This document shows, piece by piece, positions 30,476-39,524 of a stretch of DNA of 64,000 nt. Source of the DNA: Dehalococcoidia bacterium (GTDB taxonomy: Bacteria; Chloroflexota; Dehalococcoidia; UBA2979); the NCBI GenBank assembly GCA_964291495.2, contig OZ219871.1, positions 896,001 through 960,000 of the forward strand, given 5' to 3'. The notes below the pieces were generated by a model that was not told where the DNA came from, ran no database searches, and saw nothing but the letters and a program-made list of their open reading frames with translations. Numbering within the stretch: the first letter of the stretch is position 1; each line of letters starts with the position of its first letter. The position numbers were made by a program, and so were the translations under genes.

Positions 30476-30832
30476 CTACTGGATGTGGACAACCTCGCGG
30501 GCGCGCTGCCACAGGCCCTCGAGGTTGTAGTAGGCGCGCTGCTCGACCGAGAAGATGTGCACGACCGTGTCGCCGAGGTCGGCAAGCCGCCAGCCGTCCT
30601 CGTTGCGGCCCTCCCAGAGCGGGCGGTTGGCGCGGCGGGCGCCCTCGTGCGTCGAGGCGATCTCGTCGACGGCGGCGGCGAGCGCGCGCATCTGGCGCTC
30701 GCTGTCGGCGCTGGCGATCACGAAGTAGTCGGTGAAGGTGGAGAGGCCGGCGAGGTCCAGCAGCACGACGTCCGACGCCTGGCGATCGACCAGGGCATCG
30801 ACGACGTCGCGCGCAAGCTGCAGCCCGTCCAG
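30476..30832 (-). CDS. rsfS: Ribosome silencing factor; probable CTG start
   Basis: DYFVIAS, WRLADLGDTVVHIF, RAYYNLEGLW; N-terminal extension (L)DGLQLARDVVDAL after GGAGG. Confidence 0.92.
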   Translation of the reverse strand: MDGLQLARDVVDALVDRQASDVVLLDLAGLSTFTDYFVIASADSERQMRALAAAVDEIASTHEGARRANRPLWEGRNEDGWRLADLGDTVVHIFSVEQRAYYNLEGLWQRAREVVHIQ

Positions 30833-30924
30833 ACGCGCATCCCTCCCTGGAGGCCTGCGGCCGTCACGGCCACGAGGCGCATGGAGTATAGAGGAGACGG
30901 GCTTGCCTGACCGACCCCCGCAAC

Positions 30925-30954
30925 GTGACCATGATCGCCTATGATAGTGGTCAC
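30925..30954. promoter_or_regulatory. Inverted repeat enclosing a -10 box, candidate TA operator
   Basis: GTGACCA...TATGAT...TGGTCAC. Confidence 0.55.
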
Positions 30955-31006
30955 ATGAACGTGTGTCCGGGGCCGGGTGGGTCTGGCGAACCTCAGGAGC
31001 GGTGCG

Positions 31007-31258
31007 ATGCGGGCAATGAAGGCTTCAGAGTTCAAAGCGAAGTGCCTGAAGCTCATGGACGAAATCGCCGACAGCGGCGAGGAAATCGTGATCACAAAGC
31101 GCGGCCGGCCGGTGGCGAAGCTGGCGCCCCTTCATGAGACGACGAAGGGCTGGTTCGGACGGGATCGGGAGATCATCCGCATCCACGGTGACATCACGAA
31201 ACCCCTCGACGAGGTGTGGGAAGCAGAATCGGATGCGGATCGAGTGCTCGGCCCGTGA
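31007..31258 (+). CDS. Phd/YefM antitoxin
   Basis: ASEFKAKCLKLMDE...IVITKRGRPVAKL. Confidence 0.9.
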   Translation: MRAMKASEFKAKCLKLMDEIADSGEEIVITKRGRPVAKLAPLHETTKGWFGRDREIIRIHGDITKPLDEVWEAESDADRVLGP

Positions 31259-31653
31259 TCCTGCTCGATACACACATCCTGATCTGGAGCAGGTCCGGCG
31301 ACGCGCGGCTCGGGCCGCGCGCCCGGGAGCAAATCGAACAGGCCCTGGCCGAGGGCGACCTCGCGGTGTCCGCGATCTCGTTCTGGGAAGCGGCGATGTT
31401 GCACGAGAAGCGCCGCTTCACGCTGCTGCGCGACGTAGCCTCCTGGCGAGACGCCCTCATTGCCGAAGGGCTCGCGGAAATCCCCATCGATGGCGCCATC
31501 GCCGCCCGCGCCGGCCGGCTCACAGCCATGCACGGCGACCCGGCCGACCGCCTGATCGTCGCGACGGCGCTCGAGGGGCACCGGCTGCTCACGGCGGACC
31601 AGCCGATCCTCGATTGGCCGGGTAGCCTCGACCGGCTCGACGGACGCGCCTAG
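31255..31653 (+). CDS. vapC: VapC/PIN-domain toxin
   Basis: ILLDTHILIW, SAISFWE, HGDPADRLIVATA, LLTAD. Confidence 0.92.
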   Translation: MILLDTHILIWSRSGDARLGPRAREQIEQALAEGDLAVSAISFWEAAMLHEKRRFTLLRDVASWRDALIAEGLAEIPIDGAIAARAGRLTAMHGDPADRLIVATALEGHRLLTADQPILDWPGSLDRLDGRA

Positions 31654-31699
31654 CGAGGTGCTCGCCCGGCTACGGCGCACGCCGTCCTACAATGGATCG

Positions 31700-32806
31700 A
31701 TGAGCGATTCGCGCATCATGGTGGCGATGTCCGGCGGCGTCGATTCGGCGGTCGCGGCTGCGATCCTGCATCGCGAGGGCTACGACGTGGTCGGGGTGAC
31801 GCTGCGCCTCTATACCGAGGCGGACCCCTCGGCCCTGCGCTCGAAGCGCGCCTGCTGCGGTGTCGAGGACGTCGCTGACGCCCGGGCCGCGGCGCAGCGC
31901 ATCGGCATCCCGCACTACGTGCTCAACATGGAGCGCGAGTTCGAGCGCGACGTGATCGAGGTGTTCGCCTCCGCCTACCGCAACGGGCGGACGCCCAACC
32001 CCTGCCTCGAGTGCAACGACCGCGTGAAGTTCCGCACGCTGCTCGATCGCGCCGACGCACTCGGCTTCGAGTTGCTGGCGACCGGGCACTACGCGCGCAT
32101 TCGCGAACGGCCGCCCGCCGGGTTCTCCCTGCACGCGGCGGCGGACGAGGCGAAGGACCAGTCCTACGTCCTCTACACGCTGGGAGAGGGGCAGCTTGCG
32201 CGGCTGCGCTTCCCGCTCGGCGATCTGCCGAAGTCCGAGACGCGGCGGATCGCCTCGGAGCTGGGTCTCGGCGTGGCCGACAAGCCCGACAGCGCCGACA
32301 TCTGCTTCGTGCCGGGCGGCGACTACCGCGAGCTGCTGCGCGCACGCGGCGAGTCCTCGCGCGCCGGCGTGATTGTCGACGCCGACGGCAGCACGCTGCG
32401 CGGCCACGACGGCGTCGCCGCCTTCACCGTCGGCCAGCGCCGCGGCCTCGGCGTCGCGACCGGCGAGCGTCGCTACGTGACCGAGATCGACGCGGCAGCG
32501 GGCACGGTGCGCCTCGGCGCGGCCGACGATCTGCTCACGAGCGCCGTCGAGGCGTCCGCGCCGCGCTGGGTGTGCGCGGCGCCGCAGCCCGGTGAGCCGC
32601 TGCTCGCCCGCATTCGCGCGCACGGGCCGCTCGTCCCGGCGCGCCTCGAGGAGCTCGCAACCGACGGCTTCCGCGTCGACTTCGAGCAGCCGCTACGCGC
32701 CGCCGCGCCCGGACAGGCGATCGTGCTCTACCGTCCCGACGCGGAGCACGGGCACGAGGTCGCCGGAGGCGGCACGATCGAGCGCGGACGCCCGCCCCTG
32801 CGTTGA
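31700..32806 (+). CDS. mnmA: tRNA 2-thiouridylase
   Basis: AMSGGVDS, TPNPCLECN, ATGHY, KDQSY, DICF, TVGQRRG, PGQ. Confidence 0.96.
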   Translation: MSDSRIMVAMSGGVDSAVAAAILHREGYDVVGVTLRLYTEADPSALRSKRACCGVEDVADARAAAQRIGIPHYVLNMEREFERDVIEVFASAYRNGRTPNPCLECNDRVKFRTLLDRADALGFELLATGHYARIRERPPAGFSLHAAADEAKDQSYVLYTLGEGQLARLRFPLGDLPKSETRRIASELGLGVADKPDSADICFVPGGDYRELLRARGESSRAGVIVDADGSTLRGHDGVAAFTVGQRRGLGVATGERRYVTEIDAAAGTVRLGAADDLLTSAVEASAPRWVCAAPQPGEPLLARIRAHGPLVPARLEELATDGFRVDFEQPLRAAAPGQAIVLYRPDAEHGHEVAGGGTIERGRPPLR

Positions 32807-32880
32807 GCCTCGGTAGCGGCGCGGGCTACGATCTACGATGCGGCGAGGCGCGTTCGGGCGCCGGGAGGCTGGGAGCTCGG

Positions 32881-33297
32881 GTGCGCTGGATCCTGATCGT
32901 CATCGGCGTGGTGGTCGTGGCCGTGATCGCGGCGGCCGTGTGGGCGCTCGCCGCCGGCGTCGTCGAGATCACCATGGACGAGGCGCGCGACACCGTGATC
33001 ATCGTCTACGGGCTGCTCGGCATCGTCTTCTTCCTCGTCGCCATCGTCGTCGCCCTTGCGATCTTCCTCGCGGTGCGCATGGTGACCGGCCTCGCCCGCG
33101 ACGCCTACGAGGAGCAGGCGCGCCCGCTGGTGGACGACGTGCGCGGCACGGTGCAGTCCGTGCGCGGCAGCGTCGAGTTCGTATCCGACCAGGCGATCTC
33201 CCCGATGATCCGCGTCATCGCCGTCGCGCGCGGCGTGCGCCGCGGCTTCGAGGCGCTGGGCGGCATCGCCCGGCGCGGCCGCCGGCCAGGCTCCTGA
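32881..33297 (+). CDS. Membrane protein (DUF948-like)
   Basis: Two TM helices followed by an amphipathic helical tail. Confidence 0.55.
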   Translation: MRWILIVIGVVVVAVIAAAVWALAAGVVEITMDEARDTVIIVYGLLGIVFFLVAIVVALAIFLAVRMVTGLARDAYEEQARPLVDDVRGTVQSVRGSVEFVSDQAISPMIRVIAVARGVRRGFEALGGIARRGRRPGS

Positions 33298-33698
33298 TGC
33301 GGCCGCGCTGGCCCTCGCGCCGCGCCACGAGCGAGCGTGAGCCGCGCTACCAGGTCGTCGAGGTGATCGGCGGCTCCGACCAGCTCGAAGAGGCCGTTGG
33401 GCACGCCGCCGAGCACATTGCGGAACGGCGCTCCGCGGGCGCGGCAGGCGGCCGCCGCGGTCTGCGCTCGCTGGCGCTGCTGGCGGCGGCGGTGGCGGGG
33501 CTGGCAGCCGCCGGGTACGCGGCAGCCCGCGTGCTGCTGGGCGGCGATACCGCGACCACCCGTCCCGACGGCACGAGCGCCGAGCCGCAGTCGGCTCGCG
33601 ACATCCTCGCGGCCGGCATCGCGGAAGGGCGGCGCGCGAGCGCGGAGGCCGAGCGCGAACTGCACGAGGATCTGCAGCGGCGTCGCGAGGGCGGCTAG
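33297..33698 (+). CDS. Small membrane protein (YtxH-like)
   Basis: Central TM helix, tail GIAEGRRAS.EAEREL; coupled to the previous gene. Confidence 0.5.
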   Translation: MRPRWPSRRATSEREPRYQVVEVIGGSDQLEEAVGHAAEHIAERRSAGAAGGRRGLRSLALLAAAVAGLAAAGYAAARVLLGGDTATTRPDGTSAEPQSARDILAAGIAEGRRASAEAERELHEDLQRRREGG

Positions 33699-35290
33699 CC
33701 GGCCTCCGCCGCGCGCACCTCGGCCGGGCCGCTCACGCGATCGAACAGCTCCGAGACCTCGCCGCTCGGTGGCGGCGTCAGCAGCGTGACCAGCACGGCC
33801 GCCGGTGTCGCAATCAGGAAGCCGGGCGTGGCCGGCTGCATTGTCCAGATGCCGCCCGCGTCCGCCTGCATCACGGCCCACAGGCCATCGAGAGCGCCGA
33901 TCGGCGCGCTGGCCTCGGCGCCGAGGGGCAGATACCACCAGAGGGTGGCGACCGCCGTGCCGACCGTGATGGACGTCAGGGCGCCCCAGAAGTTGAAGCG
34001 CCGCCAGTAGAGCGCGAGCAGCGTTGCCGGCCCGAAGGCCGCGCCCATCCCTCCCCACGCCAGCGAGACGAGATTGAAGACCGAGTCCGGATGGTAGATC
34101 GAGAGCAGCGCGGCGATCCCGCCGACCACGAGGAGCATCAGGCGGCCCATCCAGACCCGGGCATGCGTCCGCAGCGAGTCCGTGAAACGCTTCAGCAGCG
34201 GCACGTCGCCGGTCGCAATCGCCGAGGCGAGGAGCAACTGGGAGTCGGCGGTGCTCATGACCGCGGCGACCACCGCCGTCAGGAGCAGGCCGGCCACGAG
34301 CGGGTGGAAGAACTCCGTGGAGGTGACCAGGTAGACGCGCTCCGGGTCGGCCGTCACCTGGTCCAGCAGACCCCGCTCGGTCAGCGCGGGCACGGCCACC
34401 ACGCCCAGCAGCAACCCGAAGCCGAACATCAGGGCCACCCAGGAGACCCCGATGTTGCGGCTGCGGGGGATGTTCTCCTCGCGGTCCACGGCCATCAGGC
34501 GCGCGAGCACGCGCTGCGATCCGAGGGCGCCGAGGCCCCAGCCGGCGCTGGAGAGGATGAAGACCACGCCCACCAGCTCGCCGGACTGGTCGGTCAGGGG
34601 GTTCCAGAAGCCCTCGCCGGTCGAGCCCAGCCCCCGGAACGGATCGTCGGTCATGACGATCAGCATCAACGGCAGCAGGACGAAGCCCCCGAGCATCATC
34701 AGCGACTGGAAGACATCGGTGCGGGACACCGCCAGGAAGCCCCCGATGAAGGTGTAGGTGGTGATCGCCGCGAGGGTGATGAGGACGCCCAGCCAGTGGT
34801 ACTCCGCGTGGCTGATGTCGAAGACTTCCTCGAGGAGCTTGGCTCCGGCGATCAGGCCGGAGCTGACATAGAAGACGATGAAGAAGACGGTGATGAGCGC
34901 GGCGAGGGTGCGCAGCGTTCCGGTGCGGTCCAGGAAGCGCTTCTCGAAGAACTCGGGGATGGTGAGCGAGTCGTCGGTGGCGACGGTGTAGCGGCGCAGT
35001 CGCCGTCCCAGCAGCGTCCAGACCAGCCAGTGGCCGGAGGCGATGCCGACCGCGGTCCAGAGGTGGATCAGCCCGGCCGCGAATGCCAGGGCGGGGAAGA
35101 CCAGCATGGTCCAGCCGCTGGCCGCCGAGGAGGCCGAACTCAGCGCCGAGGTGAACGTCCCCATCTTGCGGCCGCCCAGCACGTAGTCGGACATGTCGTC
35201 CATGTGCCGGGCGCGGACGATCGCGATGCCGATCAGGACTGCGAAGTAGGCGATGAAGACGAACAGCACCCAGTAGGCGAAGGTGGTCAC
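33695..35290 (-). CDS. putP: Sodium/proline symporter
   Basis: DYVLGGR, SGW, GGFLAVSRTD, AVMSTADSQLL, AWGGMGAAFGP. Confidence 0.9.
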   Translation of the reverse strand: MTTFAYWVLFVFIAYFAVLIGIAIVRARHMDDMSDYVLGGRKMGTFTSALSSASSAASGWTMLVFPALAFAAGLIHLWTAVGIASGHWLVWTLLGRRLRRYTVATDDSLTIPEFFEKRFLDRTGTLRTLAALITVFFIVFYVSSGLIAGAKLLEEVFDISHAEYHWLGVLITLAAITTYTFIGGFLAVSRTDVFQSLMMLGGFVLLPLMLIVMTDDPFRGLGSTGEGFWNPLTDQSGELVGVVFILSSAGWGLGALGSQRVLARLMAVDREENIPRSRNIGVSWVALMFGFGLLLGVVAVPALTERGLLDQVTADPERVYLVTSTEFFHPLVAGLLLTAVVAAVMSTADSQLLLASAIATGDVPLLKRFTDSLRTHARVWMGRLMLLVVGGIAALLSIYHPDSVFNLVSLAWGGMGAAFGPATLLALYWRRFNFWGALTSITVGTAVATLWWYLPLGAEASAPIGALDGLWAVMQADAGGIWTMQPATPGFLIATPAAVLVTLLTPPPSGEVSELFDRVSGPAEVRAAEAG

Positions 35291-35523
35291 CCGAACTCCC
35301 CCGAAAGCCTCGCGCGCGCCTGAGTCGTGCTGCCGGCAGGCGGTGGAACAGAGATAGGGTATCGATCGAGGAGCCCTCGCGCGACGCCCGATCTTCCTTC
35401 GCCATCCGATTTGTGCGATCGTTAATTGCGTGCGGACCGGGGGGACCGCCGCAGGCGCGGTTGGGACAGGATGGCTGCGCGCGCCGGCTACGAACGCGGC
35501 GCCGCACGACCCCCGGAGACGGC

Positions 35524-36465
35524 ATGAACGCCCTTCGAGAGATCATCGATACGACGACTCGCACGATCGGCCACGTCCTGGCGTGGTGGGACCAGCAGTC
35601 GCCGACCGTGCGCTTGTCCGCCGTCGCCGTGGCGCTCGGCGTCCTGGTCGGCGTCGTGATCGCCTTCGCGGTCTCGGGGGGCGGAGGCGGCCCCGCCGTC
35701 GTCGTCACCCCCGTCACGCCGACGTCGACTCCCGTCGTCGCCACGACCGCGACGCCCGCGGCGACGCCGACCCCCACCGCCGAGGCGACCGCGACCGCGG
35801 CGCCGACAACCGCGGCCACACCGCCGCCGACCCCCACGCCTGCGGCAACCGAGACTGCCACCCCGGCGCCGACCGCGACCCCGACCGCGACGCCCGCGGC
35901 GACGGCGACGCCCGAGCCGACAGTCCCCACCTACTTCACGCTCGACTCGCTACACGCGGCCCACGGCGAGGCGCCCGACGCGACGCTGGGGCGGATGCGC
36001 ATCCCGATCATCGGGGTCGACGCCGCGCTGGGGCAGCGCCTCGTGTCCGGCGGCCAGATGCAGAACCCGACGGGGCCGAGCGACGTGGTCTGGTACGACC
36101 TCTCGCTCTGGGAGGGCCTCGGCGGAGCGCCGGGAGCGGGCGGCAACGCCGTGTTCTCCGGGCACGTCGACTACCACGCGAGGATTTCGTGGGCGAACGC
36201 GCGCTACCGCGGCGACGGCATCTTCCGGAACCTGCCACTCCTGGCCACGGGCGACGTGATCGAGATCGAGATCGGCGGCCAGACGCTGCGCTACGCGGTG
36301 GTGTGGCAGCGCCAGGTCGAGGCCAACTCCAGTACGGCGGAGATCCTCAGTTCGGACGTGCCGGTGGACAGCATCACGCTGATCACCTGTGGCGGGGACT
36401 TCGACACGACAACGAGGAGCTACGCAGACCGCATCGTCATCCGCGCGGAGCGCATCAGGACGTAA
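35524..36465 (+). CDS. Class F sortase with TM anchor and Pro/Thr/Ala linker
   Basis: PG..GNAVFSGHVD, LITCGG.F, DRIVIRA (His-Cys-Arg triad). Confidence 0.88.
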   Translation: MNALREIIDTTTRTIGHVLAWWDQQSPTVRLSAVAVALGVLVGVVIAFAVSGGGGGPAVVVTPVTPTSTPVVATTATPAATPTPTAEATATAAPTTAATPPPTPTPAATETATPAPTATPTATPAATATPEPTVPTYFTLDSLHAAHGEAPDATLGRMRIPIIGVDAALGQRLVSGGQMQNPTGPSDVVWYDLSLWEGLGGAPGAGGNAVFSGHVDYHARISWANARYRGDGIFRNLPLLATGDVIEIEIGGQTLRYAVVWQRQVEANSSTAEILSSDVPVDSITLITCGGDFDTTTRSYADRIVIRAERIRT

Positions 36466-36516
36466 GCCGGACGAGGCTCCGGCGAGCACGGACCTGCTTC
36501 GGAAACGTGAGACAGC

Positions 36517-36607
36517 TGGCGGAGAGGGTGGGATTCGAACCCACGAGAGGGTGTTGCCCTCTACCCGCTTTCCAGGCGAGCCTGATCAGCCACTCCAGCA
36601 CCTCTCC
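36517..36607 (-). tRNA. tRNA-Ser(GGA)
   Basis: GGAGAGG...CCTCTCC-GCCA, long variable arm, anticodon loop CTGGAAA. Confidence 0.96.
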
Positions 36608-36637
36608 GCGAGGTGAACGCTCGGGTTGCGCGCGGGC

Positions 36638-36723
36638 TGGCGGAGAGGGTGGGATTCGAACCCACGAGGCTTTCGCCTACCGCTTTTCGAGAGCGGCACC
36701 TTAAACCACTCGGACACCTCTCC
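36638..36723 (-). tRNA. tRNA-Ser(CGA)
   Basis: Cloverleaf with anticodon loop CTCGAAA and encoded CCA; TATACT -10 just upstream. Confidence 0.96.
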
Positions 36724-36838
36724 GTGGACCAGTATATGGGACCGGCCCCCTAGCGCCCGCGCCGCCGCTTGTGCTGCGGGCCTTCCCGCTTCTGCTAACG
36801 TGTTTGCAGGCCGAAGCGTCGATCGAGGACGCCTGCAA

Positions 36839-38245
36839 GTGACGAACCACGACTACGACATGGTGGTCATCGGCTCCGGCCCGGCCGGCCAGCACGCCGC
36901 AATCCAGGCCTCGAAGCTCGCCGGGCGTGTGGCCGTGATCGAGCGGCTTCCCGACATCGGCGGGATCGACCTCTCCGCCGGCACCCCGGCCAAGACGCTG
37001 CGCGAGGCCGCGATGCACCTCACCGGCTACCGCGAGCGCAACGTCTACGGCAGCTCCTACGTCGTGAATCAGAACGTCTCGATGAGCGATCTGCTGGTCA
37101 GGACGAACTACGTCATGGAGCATCAGGCGCAGATGCAGCGCGCCCAGCTCGCCAGAAACCGCCTGGAGATGATCACCGCCGAAGCCTCGTTCGTTGATCG
37201 CAACTGCCTCAGGCTCTCCGACGGCACGGACGACCCGGACCGGACGATCACCGCGGAGAAGATCGTGATCGCCGTCGGTACGTTCTCCACGCCGCCCCCG
37301 GTGGTCCAGCCCGACGGACGGCTGATCCTCGTGAGCGACGACGTGCTCACGCTCCCCGATGTGCCCCGCACGCTCACGGTCGTCGGCGCCGGGGCGATCG
37401 GCCTGGAGCACGCCAGCACCTTCGCGGCGCTCGGAACACGCGTGACGATCGTGGACCGGGGGAGCCGCCTGCTGCCGTTCGCCGACGACGAAGTGGCCGA
37501 GTCGCTCACGTACCAGCTGCGACAGCACGGCGTGACGTTGCGCCAGACCGAAACCGTGTTCGACATCGAGTACGTGATCGGCGAGGCCGAGCCCCGCGTG
37601 CGCGTGATGCTGGAGAGCGGCAAGCAGATCGTCAGTCACGCCGTCATGTACTGCGTCGGGCGCACCGGTAACACCGAGTCGCTCAACCTCGAGGCCGCGG
37701 GTCTCGAGGCCGACGACCGCGGGCGCCTCAGCGTCGACGAGAACTACGAGACCGAGGTGGAGGGCATCTACGCGGTCGGAGGGGTGATCGGCTTCCCGGA
37801 CCTCGTCTCTACATCGCACCTGCAGGGCCGCATCGCCGCCTGTCACGCCTTCGGTGTGCCCGTCGAGGACTACTCGCGACTCTTCCCCTACTCGGTCTAC
37901 ACGATTCCCGAGATCGCGATGGTAGGGAAGACGGAGTCCGAGTTGACCGACGAGGGCGTCGCCTACGAGGTGGGGAAGACCAGCTACCGCGAGTCCGTGC
38001 GCAGCATCGTCATGGGCGACGTGTGGGACGGCTTCCTGAAGCTGCTCTTCGAGATCGAGTCGCGGAAGCTGCTCGGCGTGCACATCATCGGCGAGGGCGC
38101 CTCGGAGATGATCCATCTCGGCCAGGCGGTGATCGCCCACGGCGGGACCGTCGACTACCTGGCCGAATCCGTGATCGCCCACCCGACGTTCGCCCAGTGC
38201 TACGCCGCCGCCGCCCTGGACGGCCTCGACCGCCTCGGGCTGTAG
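36839..38245 (+). CDS. sthA: Soluble pyridine nucleotide transhydrogenase-like flavoprotein
   Basis: VIGSGPAG, PAKTLRE, VVGAGAIG, YTIPEI, IHLGQAVI, AALDGLDRL. Confidence 0.78.
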   Translation: MTNHDYDMVVIGSGPAGQHAAIQASKLAGRVAVIERLPDIGGIDLSAGTPAKTLREAAMHLTGYRERNVYGSSYVVNQNVSMSDLLVRTNYVMEHQAQMQRAQLARNRLEMITAEASFVDRNCLRLSDGTDDPDRTITAEKIVIAVGTFSTPPPVVQPDGRLILVSDDVLTLPDVPRTLTVVGAGAIGLEHASTFAALGTRVTIVDRGSRLLPFADDEVAESLTYQLRQHGVTLRQTETVFDIEYVIGEAEPRVRVMLESGKQIVSHAVMYCVGRTGNTESLNLEAAGLEADDRGRLSVDENYETEVEGIYAVGGVIGFPDLVSTSHLQGRIAACHAFGVPVEDYSRLFPYSVYTIPEIAMVGKTESELTDEGVAYEVGKTSYRESVRSIVMGDVWDGFLKLLFEIESRKLLGVHIIGEGASEMIHLGQAVIAHGGTVDYLAESVIAHPTFAQCYAAAALDGLDRLGL

Positions 38246-38360
38246 CCATCGAGGCGCCTCGAGCCGTGGTCCCGCCTCGCTCGCCCGCTGGAGGCGGCCC
38301 GCCACGACCGCAGGGCAAACCGAGTAGACTGCCCGCGCAGCGGAGCGAAGGAGCAACACC

Positions 38361-39440
38361 ATGAGAGCAGCAATCCTCCACGAGATCGGCGCGCCACTGG
38401 TCGTCGAGGACGCCGACATCGACGACCCCCGCGACGAAGAGGTGCTGGTGCGCACCGCGGCCAGCGGCGTCTGCCACTCCGACTGGCACAACATCATCGG
38501 CGACTCGCCGATGCCCGTGCCGGCCCTGCTGGGCCACGAGGCGGCCGGCGTCGTCGAGGCCGTCGGCAGCAACGTGAGCTACGTGAAGCCCGGCGACCAC
38601 GTCATCGCGCGCGGCTCGTTCTGCGGCGCCTGCGAGATGTGCCTGCGCGGACACGCGAACCTCTGCCCCGAGAAGCCCGGGCGCGACCTCGACCTCAAGC
38701 CGTGGCGCATCAGCCTGCACGGCGAGCGGCTCAACACCTCGCAGTCGAACATCTCCAGCTTCGCGGAGCAGATGCTGCTCCACGAGAACGGGGTCGTGAA
38801 GATCCGCGAGGACATCCCGCTCGACGTCGCGGCGCTGGTCGGCTGCGGCGTGATGACCGGCGTCGGCGCGGCGCTGCGGACGGCGGCGGTCGAGCCGGGC
38901 TCCACGGTCGCTGTGTTCGGCCTCGGGGGGATCGGGCTGTCCGTGGTCCAGGGCGCGCGTATCGCCGGCGCGCTGCGCATCATCGCCGTCGACCTGATCG
39001 ACGAGAAGCTGGACGTCGCCCGCGAGTTCGGCGCCACCGACACGGTGAACGGAAAGACCGAGGACGCCGTCGCTGCGATCCGGGCGCTGACCGGGGACGG
39101 TGTCGACCACTCGTTCGACGCGATCGGGCTGTCGAGCGTCGCGCAGCAGTGCGTCCAGGTCCTGCGGCCTCGAGGGACGGCGACCCTGATCGGCGTCATC
39201 CCCGACGGTCAGACGATCCCCCTCGACTGGCGCATGCTGGGCGGCGAGAAGCGCGTCCAGACCTGCAACATGGGCTCGACGCGCTTCCGCATCGACATGC
39301 CGATGCTGCTCGACCTCTACAGCCAGGGCCGCCTCATGATCGACGAGATGATCACCCGTCGCGGCCCGATCGATGACATCAACGAGATGTTCGATGCGAT
39401 GGCCTCGGGTTCGGTCACGCGACAGGTGATCATGTTCTGA
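38361..39440 (+). CDS. Zn-dependent alcohol dehydrogenase (class III-like)
   Basis: GVCHSD, GHE, CGACEMC...C, FGLGGIG. Confidence 0.93.
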   Translation: MRAAILHEIGAPLVVEDADIDDPRDEEVLVRTAASGVCHSDWHNIIGDSPMPVPALLGHEAAGVVEAVGSNVSYVKPGDHVIARGSFCGACEMCLRGHANLCPEKPGRDLDLKPWRISLHGERLNTSQSNISSFAEQMLLHENGVVKIREDIPLDVAALVGCGVMTGVGAALRTAAVEPGSTVAVFGLGGIGLSVVQGARIAGALRIIAVDLIDEKLDVAREFGATDTVNGKTEDAVAAIRALTGDGVDHSFDAIGLSSVAQQCVQVLRPRGTATLIGVIPDGQTIPLDWRMLGGEKRVQTCNMGSTRFRIDMPMLLDLYSQGRLMIDEMITRRGPIDDINEMFDAMASGSVTRQVIMF

Positions 39441-39466
39441 TCGCAGGCGCCGATCGGCCGAGCGAA

Positions 39467-39491
39467 TGAAGCCCCGCGGTCGCGGGGCTTC
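39467..39491. terminator. Hairpin after the ADH gene, possible terminator
   Basis: GAAGCCCCGC-GGTC-GCGGGGCTTC. Confidence 0.55.
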
Positions 39492-39524
39492 GTGCCCTCG
39501 AGGACGACCAGGGAGCGACGGGCC

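Noticed and set aside
35700-35925. Short imperfect DNA repeats in the sortase gene (also 11010-11150 and 13050-13180)
   Set aside because: Ordinary Pro/Thr/Ala linker-coding sequence
36517-36723. Identical 3' ends of two tRNA-Ser genes as an att duplication
   Set aside because: Both are complete tRNAs with different anticodons; no integrase nearby
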